This document shows positions 51,652 through 61,972 of a stretch of 64,000 bases of DNA, piece by piece. Under the pieces are notes generated by a model. That model was given only the letters and a program-made list of their open reading frames with translations. It was not told where the DNA came from and did not search any database. Location: NCBI GenBank assembly GCA_937139605.1, contig CAKZQG010000037.1:79487-143486 (forward strand), written 5' to 3'. This DNA comes from an uncultured bacterium (GTDB lineage Bacteria > DRYD01). Numbering within the stretch: the first letter of the stretch is position 1; the number at the start of each line of letters is the position of its first letter. Made by a program: the position numbers and the translations under genes.

Positions 51652-52060
51652 CGATTATCACCTCTAAATAAAATTGGCTTTTGAAATTAAAGTCACAATA
51701 AGTTGGTGCTTTTAAGTATCCCTTAAATTTTTTCTTATCTATTTTTAATCCTTTTAAACTTAACTCCCAGCTACTTTCCTTTAGCTTAATATAATTTATA
51801 TCTTCTATTAAAATTGATTTTGCATCTAAATAATATATAAACTTTGAAATAAAATTAAATATCTTCTGATAATCATCGAAATCTGATAAAACTACTTTTA
51901 TATTTTTTATATTATTTCTTATTTTTGAATCATTTAAAGAATTAGAATCATAATTGATGATATCTTTTAAGGCAAAAATTAAATCCCTAAAAAAATCAAA
52001 TAAATTAATTGATTGTATTCTAATTTTTATATCAGCTGTATGATCTAATATTTCATACAT
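51644..52060 (-). CDS. Archease
   Basis: MYEILDHTADI N-terminus, LKAPTY, C-terminal VIIDV; ATG at 52060. Confidence 0.88.
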   Translation of the reverse strand: MYEILDHTADIKIRIQSINLFDFFRDLIFALKDIINYDSNSLNDSKIRNNIKNIKVVLSDFDDYQKIFNFISKFIYYLDAKSILIEDINYIKLKESSWELSLKGLKIDKKKFKGYLKAPTYCDFNFKSQFYLEVIIDV

Positions 52061-52068
52061 ATTTATTT

Positions 52069-52917
52069 TTATTTTTGACAATCAGGGCAATAGTAAGTTA
52101 TTCGTTCTTCAATTTTAATTTTTTTTATTTTATTATTACATTGTGGACATTTTGATTTATTATATATCTTATGAAAATTTTGGAAATTTCCATATTCTCC
52201 TAAAGCATCTACATAATCACTTATAGTTGATCCTCTATTTTTTATTGATTCTTTTAATATTTCTTTTAAACAGGAATATAATTTATAGTATTCTTGGACA
52301 GTTATATCACAGGCTTTTCTTAAAGGGGAAATTTTAGCACAAAATAACCCCTCTATTGCATAAATATTACCTATTCCTGCTATTAAACTTTGATCCATTA
52401 AAGCTAATTTTATTGGCTTTTTAATTTTGGATAAAATATTAATAAAATCTATTGGTTTTAATTTATTAAATGGTGGGCCATACTTTTTAAATGGATTATT
52501 ATCTTTTATAAATATTACTTTTTCAAATAGCCTTTTAGCTGTAAATAAAATAATTTTATCTTTTAAATTATTACCATCTCTGATCTCATTAAAAACAAAC
52601 TCTATTATTTTATATTTTTCAAAATAATTAATCTTATTAAGATCAATTAATTCTTTAATAAGTAGCGCTCCAGTTAAAGCTAAATGGAATAATATCCAGT
52701 AATCATCTTTAAATTTAAAATAAATAATTTTCCCATAATTAGAAACTTCTTGGAGATCCCTGTTTATTATTTCATCAATTAATCCTATATTTTTTATTAT
52801 TGATTCTTTGTATATATTTATTTTTTTTAAAGTAATAGAAGAGTTATTGTTATTAGGGATATTTAGGTATTGTTTTAATTGGTAAGCTATAGTAGTTGCT
52901 TCAGGGAATTCAGGCAT
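52069..52917 (-). CDS. mutM: Formamidopyrimidine-DNA glycosylase (Fpg/Nei)
   Basis: MPEFPE, GK, HLALTG, LMDQ..IAGIGNIYA.E, CPQC...R.TYYCPDCQ. Confidence 0.92.
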   Translation of the reverse strand: MPEFPEATTIAYQLKQYLNIPNNNNSSITLKKINIYKESIIKNIGLIDEIINRDLQEVSNYGKIIYFKFKDDYWILFHLALTGALLIKELIDLNKINYFEKYKIIEFVFNEIRDGNNLKDKIILFTAKRLFEKVIFIKDNNPFKKYGPPFNKLKPIDFINILSKIKKPIKLALMDQSLIAGIGNIYAIEGLFCAKISPLRKACDITVQEYYKLYSCLKEILKESIKNRGSTISDYVDALGEYGNFQNFHKIYNKSKCPQCNNKIKKIKIEERITYYCPDCQK

Positions 52918-52923
52918 AATCTT

Positions 52924-53607
52924 TTATATATCCTTTACTTCAAATAATTTTACAGTATAGAATTCATTTTTTAATTTTTTATTTAATTCAGATTTTATTT
53001 TACTTTTATTACCTTTAAGTTTAAGGATATTTCCATTTGGTATTTCACTTTCTTCTAAGATATCTATATTAAGTTCTTTTAATTTATTTTTAAATTCATT
53101 TAATATAGTTATTTGTTGATCATTTTTTAGATTATCTAAGTTATATTTAATTTTTATATAAAATATATTAAAGTTTTCGTATAATAATTTTTCTAAAGCT
53201 CTAAGGATTATTAATGTTAAAAATACTATGAAGCTTCCAACAATTCCGGCAAAGATTTTTTCTGCTCCTATGACCATTCCTATGGATGCGGCTATCCATA
53301 GGGTTGCTGCGGTTGTTAATCCTTTTATTTTTAATCCGCTTCTTATTATAGTACCTGCTCCTAAAAAACCTATACCATTTACTATTTGTGAAGCTACCCG
53401 ACTACTATCTACAGCACTCCCAGTAAAACCATATTTTGATATAAAAGTAAATATAGCGCTTCCTACTGTTACTAGTGTTATTGTTTTTAATCCCGCTGGT
53501 TTTTGCCTAACTTCTCTTTCTAACCCTATTAAGAAACCACATAATATTGATATTCCTACTATTAATAAAAAATTCTTTATTAAATCTATTTCAAAAATTA
53601 TTTCCAT
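52924..53607 (-). CDS. MgtC/SapB family membrane protein
   Basis: IGLERE..KPAGLKT, RVASQIVNGIGFLGAG, GLTTAATLW. Confidence 0.92.
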   Translation of the reverse strand: MEIIFEIDLIKNFLLIVGISILCGFLIGLEREVRQKPAGLKTITLVTVGSAIFTFISKYGFTGSAVDSSRVASQIVNGIGFLGAGTIIRSGLKIKGLTTAATLWIAASIGMVIGAEKIFAGIVGSFIVFLTLIILRALEKLLYENFNIFYIKIKYNLDNLKNDQQITILNEFKNKLKELNIDILEESEIPNGNILKLKGNKSKIKSELNKKLKNEFYTVKLFEVKDI

Positions 53608-53617
53608 TATTTTATTT

Positions 53618-54061
53618 CTAATTATTTAAATTAGTTATTTTTTGATTTTTACATTCTTTGCATACTCCTTTAAAATATAATACAGTATCATTTATTTCGT
53701 GTTCTATTTCTTCATATTTTATTTTAATTTCTTTTATTGTTATATCATAAATTTTTTTACATTTTTCGCAAAAGAAGTTTATATGTTCTTGTTTTATAAA
53801 ATCAAACCTTTGCTCATTATTATCTACATTTAAAACTTTTACTATATCATTTTTTACAAATAAATTAAGATTTAAATATATAGTCGTCTTTGATAATGTA
53901 GGAAATATATTCTTTAATTCCTTATAAATTTCATCTACTGTTGGGTGATTTTCCCTTGTTATTAGATATTCTAAAATCTTTAATCTTATATATGAAGGTT
54001 TTATCCCTTTATCTAATAGGATTTTCTTTAAATTATATACATCAACTATCACATTTATCAC
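53618..54061 (-). CDS. Fur family transcriptional regulator (PerR-like)
   Basis: HPTVDEIY, S.TTIY.NL, RFD, CEKC and CKEC Zn sites. Confidence 0.9.
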   Translation of the reverse strand: MINVIVDVYNLKKILLDKGIKPSYIRLKILEYLITRENHPTVDEIYKELKNIFPTLSKTTIYLNLNLFVKNDIVKVLNVDNNEQRFDFIKQEHINFFCEKCKKIYDITIKEIKIKYEEIEHEINDTVLYFKGVCKECKNQKITNLNN

Positions 54062-54372
54062 CTTTTTATTAATTTTATTAATATTGTATTATTCAATAAT
54101 TAGTAGCTATTATATAATTCAATACTTCTTAAATTATATCCTTTAGGTAAAATTTTCATCATTAACTATTAAATTAGATTTATTTTCTTTATTTATTATT
54201 TGTTTTTAATTTTGATTTATCATTTTGAGTTAATTTTTCATTTTTAGATTATCTTTTTAGCAAAAGATTTTTATTTTTATTTTATTTTTTAATAAAAGAT
54301 AATTACTAAAAAAACTTAACTACATAGGATATAAAAAGATAAAAAATAAAAAACAAAAATCTTGTTTATGAA

Positions 54373-55347
54373 CTATACAGCAATTTCTTCTAAAAATCTA
54401 ATTAAATCTTTATTAATAGTTTTCTTATTATTGATTGCTTCTTCTAAAGGGATTAAATCATACTTATTATTAATGAGTCCAACATAGTAACCATTTTGTT
54501 GTTTTAAGATAGCATCAATAGCTTTATAAGCACTTAAAGTACCAAAGAGTCTATCCCTAGCAGTAGGGCTTCCTCCACGTTGTATATGTCCTAATACACT
54601 AACCTTTAATTCATAATCATTATACTTCTTTAAAATTGGATTTAATTGATTATAAAACTCAAAAGCATTAGAATATCCTTCAGATAAAACAATAATGACA
54701 TGTTTTTTACCTTTTTGTTTAAAAGTATGAATTTTTTGAGCTATTTTTTCTAAATCTATTCTAAATTCAGGGACTAAAACTATTTCACTACCAGTAGATA
54801 AAGCAACCTCTAAAGGTAATTGTCCATAATCCCTACCCATTACCTCAACAATAAAAACCCTCTCAAAAGAGTAAGCAGTATCCCTAATTTTATCTATAGC
54901 ATCTTTTGCAGTATTTAAAGCAGTATCATAACCCAAAGTATATTCAGTTGGATAAATATCATTATCAATAGTACCAGTTATCCCAATAACTTTAATATTA
55001 GATTCTTTGAATATTTTATAAGCAGCATTAAAACTCCCATTACCTCCAATTATAACTAAAGTATCAATATTTAGATTATTTAAATTAGAATAAGCGATTT
55101 GTCGATAATTAAAATCAAAAAACCTTGGTTCCCTAGAAGATTGTAAAATAGTTCCTCCTCTCTCTATTATCCCACTAACACTCCTATCATTTAATTCAAT
55201 ATACTCATTATCTAAAACTCCTTTAAATCCCTTAAGAAAACCAATTACCTTAAAGTTATTATCTAAGGCAGCTCTAGTTAGAGCTCTAATAGCAGCATTC
55301 ATTCCCGGACTATCCCCACCACTCGTTAAAACCCCTATTACTTTCAT
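54373..55347 (-). CDS. pfkA: ATP-dependent 6-phosphofructokinase
   Basis: LTSGGDSPGMNA, GGT.L, IGGNGS, TIDND, EVMGR, LGHIQRGG. Confidence 0.95.
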   Translation of the reverse strand: MKVIGVLTSGGDSPGMNAAIRALTRAALDNNFKVIGFLKGFKGVLDNEYIELNDRSVSGIIERGGTILQSSREPRFFDFNYRQIAYSNLNNLNIDTLVIIGGNGSFNAAYKIFKESNIKVIGITGTIDNDIYPTEYTLGYDTALNTAKDAIDKIRDTAYSFERVFIVEVMGRDYGQLPLEVALSTGSEIVLVPEFRIDLEKIAQKIHTFKQKGKKHVIIVLSEGYSNAFEFYNQLNPILKKYNDYELKVSVLGHIQRGGSPTARDRLFGTLSAYKAIDAILKQQNGYYVGLINNKYDLIPLEEAINNKKTINKDLIRFLEEIAV

Positions 55348-55502
55348 TAAACTTTACCTCCTATTTAAATTTTAGCTATATAAATACAACTTAATTTTCC
55401 TTTTTATTTTTCTGTGAATTTAAATCCATCCCTTTTTATTTGTAAAACGTTATCATTTATAAAATTGAATAAATAAAAAAAATATTTATTAAATAAAGGG
55501 AA

Positions 55503-56087
55503 TTAATCTAGGTGCATTATCATTTTAATCCATTTACCGTGTTTAGAAAAATAAGTATAGCCTAATTTCTTATAGAAATTAATAGCTTTATAGTTTTTTT
55601 CTCCAACATATAAAACAGAGTACTTAGCTTTTAAAGATTTATCTTTATTATATTTCTTAGCAGTTTCTAATAATTCATTCATTAAAGTAGATCCTATTTT
55701 AAGCCCTTGATATTCTGGAATAATACTTATCTCATGAATAGCAATAGCATAATCTTCTAATTCTCTATCATAATAATAAGTATCACCTGCTATAAAACCA
55801 ACTACCTTTTTATTATTATTATCAACTGCTATTATAATTAAATTTTTATTTAGATCATTAGATTTATGATAGAATAACCATTCTATATAATCTTTAATAT
55901 CTTGAATATTTTTATAGTGATAATCCGGAATATTTTCATAGGTTTTTAAATAAACATTAACTAATTCATCTTTTACTTTATTAAAATCTGTTTTATCTTC
56001 TATTAGTAAGAATTTTATAAAATTTCATCTAAATTTATCTTTATAATTATCTTTATAGTATAAAGTTGTTTTATTAACCATAAGCAT
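55503..56087 (-). pseudogene. GNAT family acetyltransferase with in-frame TGA at codon 21
   Basis: GAGGTGA RBS, ATG 56087, TGA at 56027-56025, then open frame with KVVGFI, IHEISIIPEYQGLKIGSTLM, N.KAINFYKKLGY; absent from ORF track. Confidence 0.75.
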
Positions 56088-56224
56088 AGAAATCACCTCT
56101 CCCTATTATTCAATTTATAAAAAAATAAAAAAAATTCCTACTAATACTAAAATACTTTCATAATTAAAGAAATTAAAAATATTAAAAGGGAAAAAGAATA
56201 AAATATAGAAAATAATAATGAAAT

Positions 56225-56749
56225 ATGAAAACAATAAAAAAAGTTCTATTTCTTTTAATTTTAATAAAAATATTTTTTTTAAAGATATATTCATATGGTT
56301 CAAATGTAAATGAGAATTCAAATTATAAAATTTATGAAACTAAGGATTATACATTTAATTATCCAAATAATTGGGAGCTAATAGAGAAATTAGCTGATTT
56401 AGATTTAGCGTTAATAAATACCCAAAGCCCAACAGCTAACATATACATTAAAACAATAAAAACTAACCAAAACATAGAAGATTATATAAATAATGAATTA
56501 AAAAATATGAAAGAATCATTACTAGAAAAATTTGATATTCTAAAAAATGAAAAGCAAAAAATACAAGACAAAGAAGTATATATATTAGAGTACCAATTTA
56601 CCCAAGGAACCCTAGACTTCAAAACTATAAGATATTATATCCTAAAACCCCATGCTTTTTATTTATTAACATATACAAACTACAAAAAAGATTTCGAAAA
56701 TTGCCTAAAAGATTTTTACTTTATTTTTAATTCCTTTAAAATCAAATAA
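56225..56749 (+). CDS. Exported PsbP/DcrB-like protein
   Basis: Signal peptide, YTFNYPNNW, Y.LTYT....FE....F..I.NSFKIK. Confidence 0.65.
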   Translation: MKTIKKVLFLLILIKIFFLKIYSYGSNVNENSNYKIYETKDYTFNYPNNWELIEKLADLDLALINTQSPTANIYIKTIKTNQNIEDYINNELKNMKESLLEKFDILKNEKQKIQDKEVYILEYQFTQGTLDFKTIRYYILKPHAFYLLTYTNYKKDFENCLKDFYFIFNSFKIK

Positions 56750-56756
56750 TCTAAGA

Positions 56757-58199
56757 ATGTATAGGATAATCTATGAATATATAAAAAGCCAAAAAATGTA
56801 TAAAAACTTTAAAATACAGTTTTCGTATATTTTTTTTATTTTTTATATAGTTATAATTAATTACTTAATAGATTACTCTATAGCAGGTGAATTAAATATT
56901 TATCAGTCCCAAGAATATCAAAATGTCAATAATGAGTTTATAAATATAGAATTATATAGTACAAATCTTGATAGAATAAAACAGATATTTAATAATTTAG
57001 ACATAACTTACAAATCTTTTAAAGAAATTATCATTAACTTTAAAGAAACTGAAAAATTAACAATATTAAATAGCTTAGAAAATGTTAAAGTAAATAATGA
57101 AGATAACATAACAAAAATTTATATAAATCTAAATTATCCTGTACCTTATAAATTAATAAAAAAAGAATTATACAATAATCTGTTAACAATAAAAATTCCA
57201 CTTAATTTTAAAGTAATAAATAAGATAGAATTTTATGATAAAAAAACTAATAAAATTTTTGCATATTTATATAACAACTATATTGTTGAAAAGTTCAACA
57301 ATAAATCAAATGCTATAAATGTTATAATTTTTAATTTTTTAGTTCCTTATAAAGTAGATTTTATTAATTTAGATAAGAAAAATAAATTGGAATATAAGTA
57401 CGATAGTTTTTATATAGCAATTAATGGAACTTATTTTGCTAGGAAAGATGATAAATATTTTACAGTAGCGGGAGTGGTAGATGATAATAATATAATTTCT
57501 TTTCCTGTTGAATATAGACCTAATAGGGGATATTTTAGTATATTAAAAGATAAAGATAATAAAAGCTTTATAACTATTTTTGATTATTTAACTAATATAA
57601 GATATGAGTTTATAAAATTGGTAAATACAACAAAGAAAATGTATGATATTGATATTCTGTTACAATCTGGGCCGCTAATATACAAAGATTACAGTTATGT
57701 AATGGATTTAGATAAAGAAGCATTTGGGGAAAAAGGGAATAATATAATAAAAGAAGCTGCTAGAACCTTAATAGTTAATACTCAGGATAATACTTTAAAC
57801 ATTATTTCAGTTATACCTTATAATTATGAAAGAAATAAAGGATTAAATATATATGATATTCCTAATTTTTTAAGTAATTTATATTCTAATAATTTAATAA
57901 CTAATATAAAAGATGTATTGAATTTAGATGGTGGTAGTTCTGTTAATTTTTATATTAACTCAAATTTAATAAATTCAGTTTATTCAAATAAAATAAATCC
58001 ATATAAATCTCAAAATTATCTAATTTTTAAAACAGATATAAAAGATTATTATTATAAAAATAGTTTAACTTATTATTATTATTTTCCAGGGGTAGTAGAT
58101 TATTTTTACAATGAAAAAGAAATAATAAAAAAGAAAGGAAAATATTTTATAACTTTTAATAACGGAATAACAACATTTGATAAATTCATTGATTTTTAA
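56757..58199 (+). CDS. Phosphodiester glycosidase (NAGPA-like) domain protein
   Basis: AINGTYF, SGPLI, ART, LNLDGGSS. Confidence 0.75.
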   Translation: MYRIIYEYIKSQKMYKNFKIQFSYIFFIFYIVIINYLIDYSIAGELNIYQSQEYQNVNNEFINIELYSTNLDRIKQIFNNLDITYKSFKEIIINFKETEKLTILNSLENVKVNNEDNITKIYINLNYPVPYKLIKKELYNNLLTIKIPLNFKVINKIEFYDKKTNKIFAYLYNNYIVEKFNNKSNAINVIIFNFLVPYKVDFINLDKKNKLEYKYDSFYIAINGTYFARKDDKYFTVAGVVDDNNIISFPVEYRPNRGYFSILKDKDNKSFITIFDYLTNIRYEFIKLVNTTKKMYDIDILLQSGPLIYKDYSYVMDLDKEAFGEKGNNIIKEAARTLIVNTQDNTLNIISVIPYNYERNKGLNIYDIPNFLSNLYSNNLITNIKDVLNLDGGSSVNFYINSNLINSVYSNKINPYKSQNYLIFKTDIKDYYYKNSLTYYYYFPGVVDYFYNEKEIIKKKGKYFITFNNGITTFDKFIDF

Positions 58200-58350
58200 T
58201 TTTAATTAATTATGTTATTTTTATTTTTTAGATACCATGTTATGGTGAAGCACAGACATCCTTATTCTTATTTATATTATATATTATTTTATTAATTCAT
58301 TTTTTATAACATTTGAAGTAAGCTAAAATTAGTTTAAAATAATAAAAAAA

Positions 58351-58587
58351 TTAAGAATCTCTTTTATTAATTGGTCCTCGCGAAGGTCCGTGAGATTCAA
58401 GATTAATATTATTTAACTCATCCTTAGCCTGAGGGCTAATTTCTACTCTGTCTTCTATAAAATTTCTATTGTTTTCTATATTATCTTCATTAATACTCTT
58501 AGAAGATTCATTATAAGTCCCAAATTCATCTCTCTCTACAATATAAGGATTCTTGCTTATCCCCCATCTTTCTCCGATTGAAAACAT
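58351..58587 (-). CDS. Small orphan protein with DRVEISPQA motif and C-terminal GPSRGP
   Basis: GGAGGTG RBS 6 nt before ATG 58587; 78 aa. Confidence 0.65.
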   Translation of the reverse strand: MFSIGERWGISKNPYIVERDEFGTYNESSKSINEDNIENNRNFIEDRVEISPQAKDELNNINLESHGPSRGPINKRDS

Positions 58588-58846
58588 ATTTAACACCTCC
58601 TTTTATAAAAAGCTATTTACTTTACCTACTAAACAATTAAAATATAATATTAAAAAAAAAAAATCAACTAAAAAAAAGTTAAATTTTTTAAAAAAAAGTT
58701 AATTTTTTTAATTTTTTTTTAATTTTTTTTAACTAATAATATGTTTAAATTAATTATTATTTTAAAATTTGAAAATTTATATATATTTTTTCTTATTGAG
58801 TAGCTGGCATGTTTGATTCTCATTTTTCAAAAAATATTTATCTTCT

Positions 58847-59347
58847 TCAGTATGATTTATTTCTTCTTGGAAATATATTTCCTCTAGTTGGGCAAGCTGA
58901 AGGATAAGATTTTTTATATGCTGGTGGAATAGGATATTTACCTCCTCTAGTTGGGCAAGCTGAAGCTGAGACATAATCGTGAGAATACCAATTTTTATAA
59001 ACATCTATAATTTTTAGGGATGAATTTATAACTTTATTTACAATTATTTTGATTTTTTGGGAATTAACATATACTGGTCCTCTAGTGGCTATAAAATTAT
59101 TTGGTTCTAATTTAGGGATATTATTTGATGAATTTAGGTATTCATTACCGATTTTGTTTTCTTCAAATATTTCAGATTTCAAAGAATTTATAAGAATATT
59201 AACAATTTTCTGTTGAATTTTTAGCAAATCTACAATATTATTAAAAAAATCAGTATTCTTTTTAATAGAAATATTTTTATTTTCATTTATACAATTAAAA
59301 CTAAATAGTTGATTAGATCTATAAAAATCTATATTTTTAACATGCAC
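58847..59347 (-). CDS. Orphan protein with repeated TRG motifs (SACPTRG x2, ATRGP)
   Basis: AGGGAGG RBS before GTG; in-frame 63-bp-period duplication. Confidence 0.7.
   Translation of the reverse strand: MHVKNIDFYRSNQLFSFNCINENKNISIKKNTDFFNNIVDLLKIQQKIVNILINSLKSEIFEENKIGNEYLNSSNNIPKLEPNNFIATRGPVYVNSQKIKIIVNKVINSSLKIIDVYKNWYSHDYVSASACPTRGGKYPIPPAYKKSYPSACPTRGNIFPRRNKSY
58880..58965. repeat. 23-bp perfect direct repeat, period 63 bp
   Basis: TCCTCTAGTTGGGCAAGCTGAAG at 58880-58902 and 58943-58965. Confidence 0.92.
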
Positions 59348-59623
59348 TTTATAATCCCTCCCTTTTTATTATTTTTAGTTAATTAAAAATTACATGTTGT
59401 TTAATTACCAATTTTTGTTAATATTTTTTCACTTACTTGATAAACATTATTTATTTATTTTAAAAAATTTTTAATAAAAAAAATATAAAAAATGTAAAAA
59501 ATGTTAATTTTATTTTAAAAATTGTTAAAATATTTTTAACTAAATATTTTAACACTGATTAAATGCACTTAAAAAAACAAAGTTATTAGCTTAATTAACA
59601 ATAAATAAATGTAAGCTTAACTT

Positions 59624-61906
59624 TTAAAAGGTATAATTTATACCTATATAAAAATTCCTTTTATAGCCAGGATACTTAGTAACTGGAGCATTAGCACTAT
59701 AACTTAAAGGATAATAGTATTTTTCATTAAATAAATTATTAACATAAAAAGTTATATAAGAATTTTTATCAATAAAATAATTTACAGTTAAATTAGCAAT
59801 AGTATATGGTTTTACTTTAAAATCGGAAGGGATAGGATAAGATAATGAAGCAGCTTGTATTAATCTTCTTACATCATCTATTAAGGTTTCAGAAGTATAC
59901 TTAACTTCTAATGCTACACTTAAATTATTTTTAAATTTATAACCATATTTTACTAAAGCTAGTAATTTAGGGGAATTAGGCATATACTCAAAAATGCCGG
60001 GTATTGGATTTGTTATTCTAACATTTGAATAAGAAGTAGAAAACCTGAAAAAACTTTTATCATCTATCTGATAAACATAATCTATAAAAGCTCCTATATT
60101 TTCTAAGTCAGCTAAATTTTTATAACCTATTATAGTAAAAGCAAAGATTGTAGGAGCAGGCTGCTCATAGATAAGATCTTTTATTTTATTTTTGTAAATA
60201 CAAAAAGTAAAATAACTTTTATTATTTTTTTCCAATTTTTCTTTATAATAAACAAGTTCGAAAGTGTGATGTTTTTCATAAGACAAAGTAAGAGGTACTA
60301 AAGATGCTGGATCCAAATAAGCATTCCAATAAGCATTCCTATATACCTCAAATAATGAAGGAAATCTGACATTTTGAGAATAAATGAGCTTTAATGAGCT
60401 ATTCTCATTTAATAACTTAATCAAAGCAAACTTAGGAATAAAAACAGGAGAAACCATTACATTAGTAATTTTAAATTCATTAATACCAAAAATAGGAGAA
60501 TCATAGATATAATATTTATCTTTATAAATATTAGCATAATTATCATATTTTCCTCCCAATGCTAATATCAAATCATTTCTTAAATAATAATCTAAATGGA
60601 AATATAAAGAATAGATAAAAAATTTATTAAACACATTAGAATAATAACCACTAACATTATATCTTTCATTAGGATCAAAAGAAAAATTCGCATCAAAATT
60701 AGAAATCTTTGCTTGTATTTTTTTTATATCTATACCAAATAATAAATCATATTTTCGTTGTTTTATATTTAAATTATTTTCAAAAGAAATAACTTCAATA
60801 GCTCCTTTATCCACATTTATAACAGGAAAACTAATATATGGTAATTCATCGTCAAATGAATACTTTTGGTAGTTTAATTTTGTAGTAAACTGAATATTTG
60901 AAAATAACTGAAAAGTTTTTTGATAATAAAAAAATCTGTATTTATCCATATAGTAAGATAAAATAGAGTTTAATTGAAAAGATCCAGGGCCCGTAGGAAA
61001 AGAATATCTATGACCATAGTTAGCAAAGTAAATCTGCTCATCCTCATTATATAAACCAATATACTCATAATAGCTCCAGGTTCTGTCTTTATAAAAAGAA
61101 GTATTATCTTCTATTGTACCACCAAAAGTCTGATATCTCTCTTTAAAGAATATTTTCCTACCTTTATAATTTATAAACTCACTACCCACAGTTAAATAAT
61201 ATTTACCCATCTTTTTATTAAACATAAAACCATTTATTGTATTAACTTTATTTTCATTAAAATTAGCAAACGTATATACATTAAATAATTGTTCTTTTAA
61301 ATAATCTTGATTATAATACTTAAAATTAGGGATTATATTGACAGTTGCAAGCAATGAATTACTTCCAAAGTACACATTAGAATACCCATGAACCACTTCC
61401 ACATTCTGTATAAAATGAGAAGGATAATTCAAAGGATATCCAAAATAATAATCATTAGTTTGATAACCATTAAAAAGTATTAAAGCTCTGGAATTAACAC
61501 TACCAGGTATTTGGATACCTCTATTTCCTAAATACCAGTTAGCTCCATCTTCTACTACATATAACCCTGGTGTAAAATTAAGTAAAGTCTTTAAATCAGG
61601 ATAATAAAATAATCTTAACTCAAATGGTTGGACTATTGATATACTAGCTGTAGATTTTAATATACTTTGTGTATACTTAGTTAAACTATTAACAGTAGTT
61701 ATAAAATTAACTTCTTGTTCTATATAGGATTTATCATCAAAAGTTTTAGTATAATCTAATAACTCTATCTTATCTTCATTATTGCTTTTTTCAAAATTTT
61801 CTTTATTTTTGGATTCTTCAGAAAATACAAACACGCTACAAATTGAAATTAATAATAAACATAAAAAAAATACAATATACTTAATTTTAATAAATTTTAA
61901 TAGCAT
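59624..61906 (-). CDS. TonB-dependent outer membrane receptor
   Basis: Signal peptide, plug motifs (PGLYV, RG, LILFNG, VEVVHG...FG), NNLFNEKYY and terminal YTF. Confidence 0.88.
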   Translation of the reverse strand: MLLKFIKIKYIVFFLCLLLISICSVFVFSEESKNKENFEKSNNEDKIELLDYTKTFDDKSYIEQEVNFITTVNSLTKYTQSILKSTASISIVQPFELRLFYYPDLKTLLNFTPGLYVVEDGANWYLGNRGIQIPGSVNSRALILFNGYQTNDYYFGYPLNYPSHFIQNVEVVHGYSNVYFGSNSLLATVNIIPNFKYYNQDYLKEQLFNVYTFANFNENKVNTINGFMFNKKMGKYYLTVGSEFINYKGRKIFFKERYQTFGGTIEDNTSFYKDRTWSYYEYIGLYNEDEQIYFANYGHRYSFPTGPGSFQLNSILSYYMDKYRFFYYQKTFQLFSNIQFTTKLNYQKYSFDDELPYISFPVINVDKGAIEVISFENNLNIKQRKYDLLFGIDIKKIQAKISNFDANFSFDPNERYNVSGYYSNVFNKFFIYSLYFHLDYYLRNDLILALGGKYDNYANIYKDKYYIYDSPIFGINEFKITNVMVSPVFIPKFALIKLLNENSSLKLIYSQNVRFPSLFEVYRNAYWNAYLDPASLVPLTLSYEKHHTFELVYYKEKLEKNNKSYFTFCIYKNKIKDLIYEQPAPTIFAFTIIGYKNLADLENIGAFIDYVYQIDDKSFFRFSTSYSNVRITNPIPGIFEYMPNSPKLLALVKYGYKFKNNLSVALEVKYTSETLIDDVRRLIQAASLSYPIPSDFKVKPYTIANLTVNYFIDKNSYITFYVNNLFNEKYYYPLSYSANAPVTKYPGYKRNFYIGINYTF

Positions 61907-61972
61907 TTAACTCCCCTCCTTTTAAATTAATCAATTATAATAAATAAATTAAGAAATTTCAGTAACTAAATT

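Noticed and set aside
54085-54102. ATTATTCAATAAT palindrome as Fur/Per box
   Set aside because: Does not fit the TTATAATnATTATAA arrangement and is not significant against the background
56025-56027. Genome-wide TGA recoding or selenocysteine
   Set aside because: TGA ends normal genes (10915, 29305), long ORFs lack internal TGA, Trp uses TGG, and the site is not a Cys-type position
58880-58965. 23-bp repeat with 40-bp spacer as a mini CRISPR array
   Set aside because: Only two copies, period is exactly 21 codons inside an ORF, no cas genes
58847-59000. KYP/SYPS as a microviridin (graspetide) core
   Set aside because: Lacks the Asp/Glu acceptors of TxKYPSD-type cores; no ATP-grasp ligase nearby
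858-59004. Short track ORFs at 858, 2803, 2867, 7597, 7792, 9944, 23063, 31897, 37183, 41053, 42996, 43685, 52427, 53228, 56115, 58777
   Set aside because: Almost all overlap better-supported genes in another frame or strand; none shows recognisable motifs
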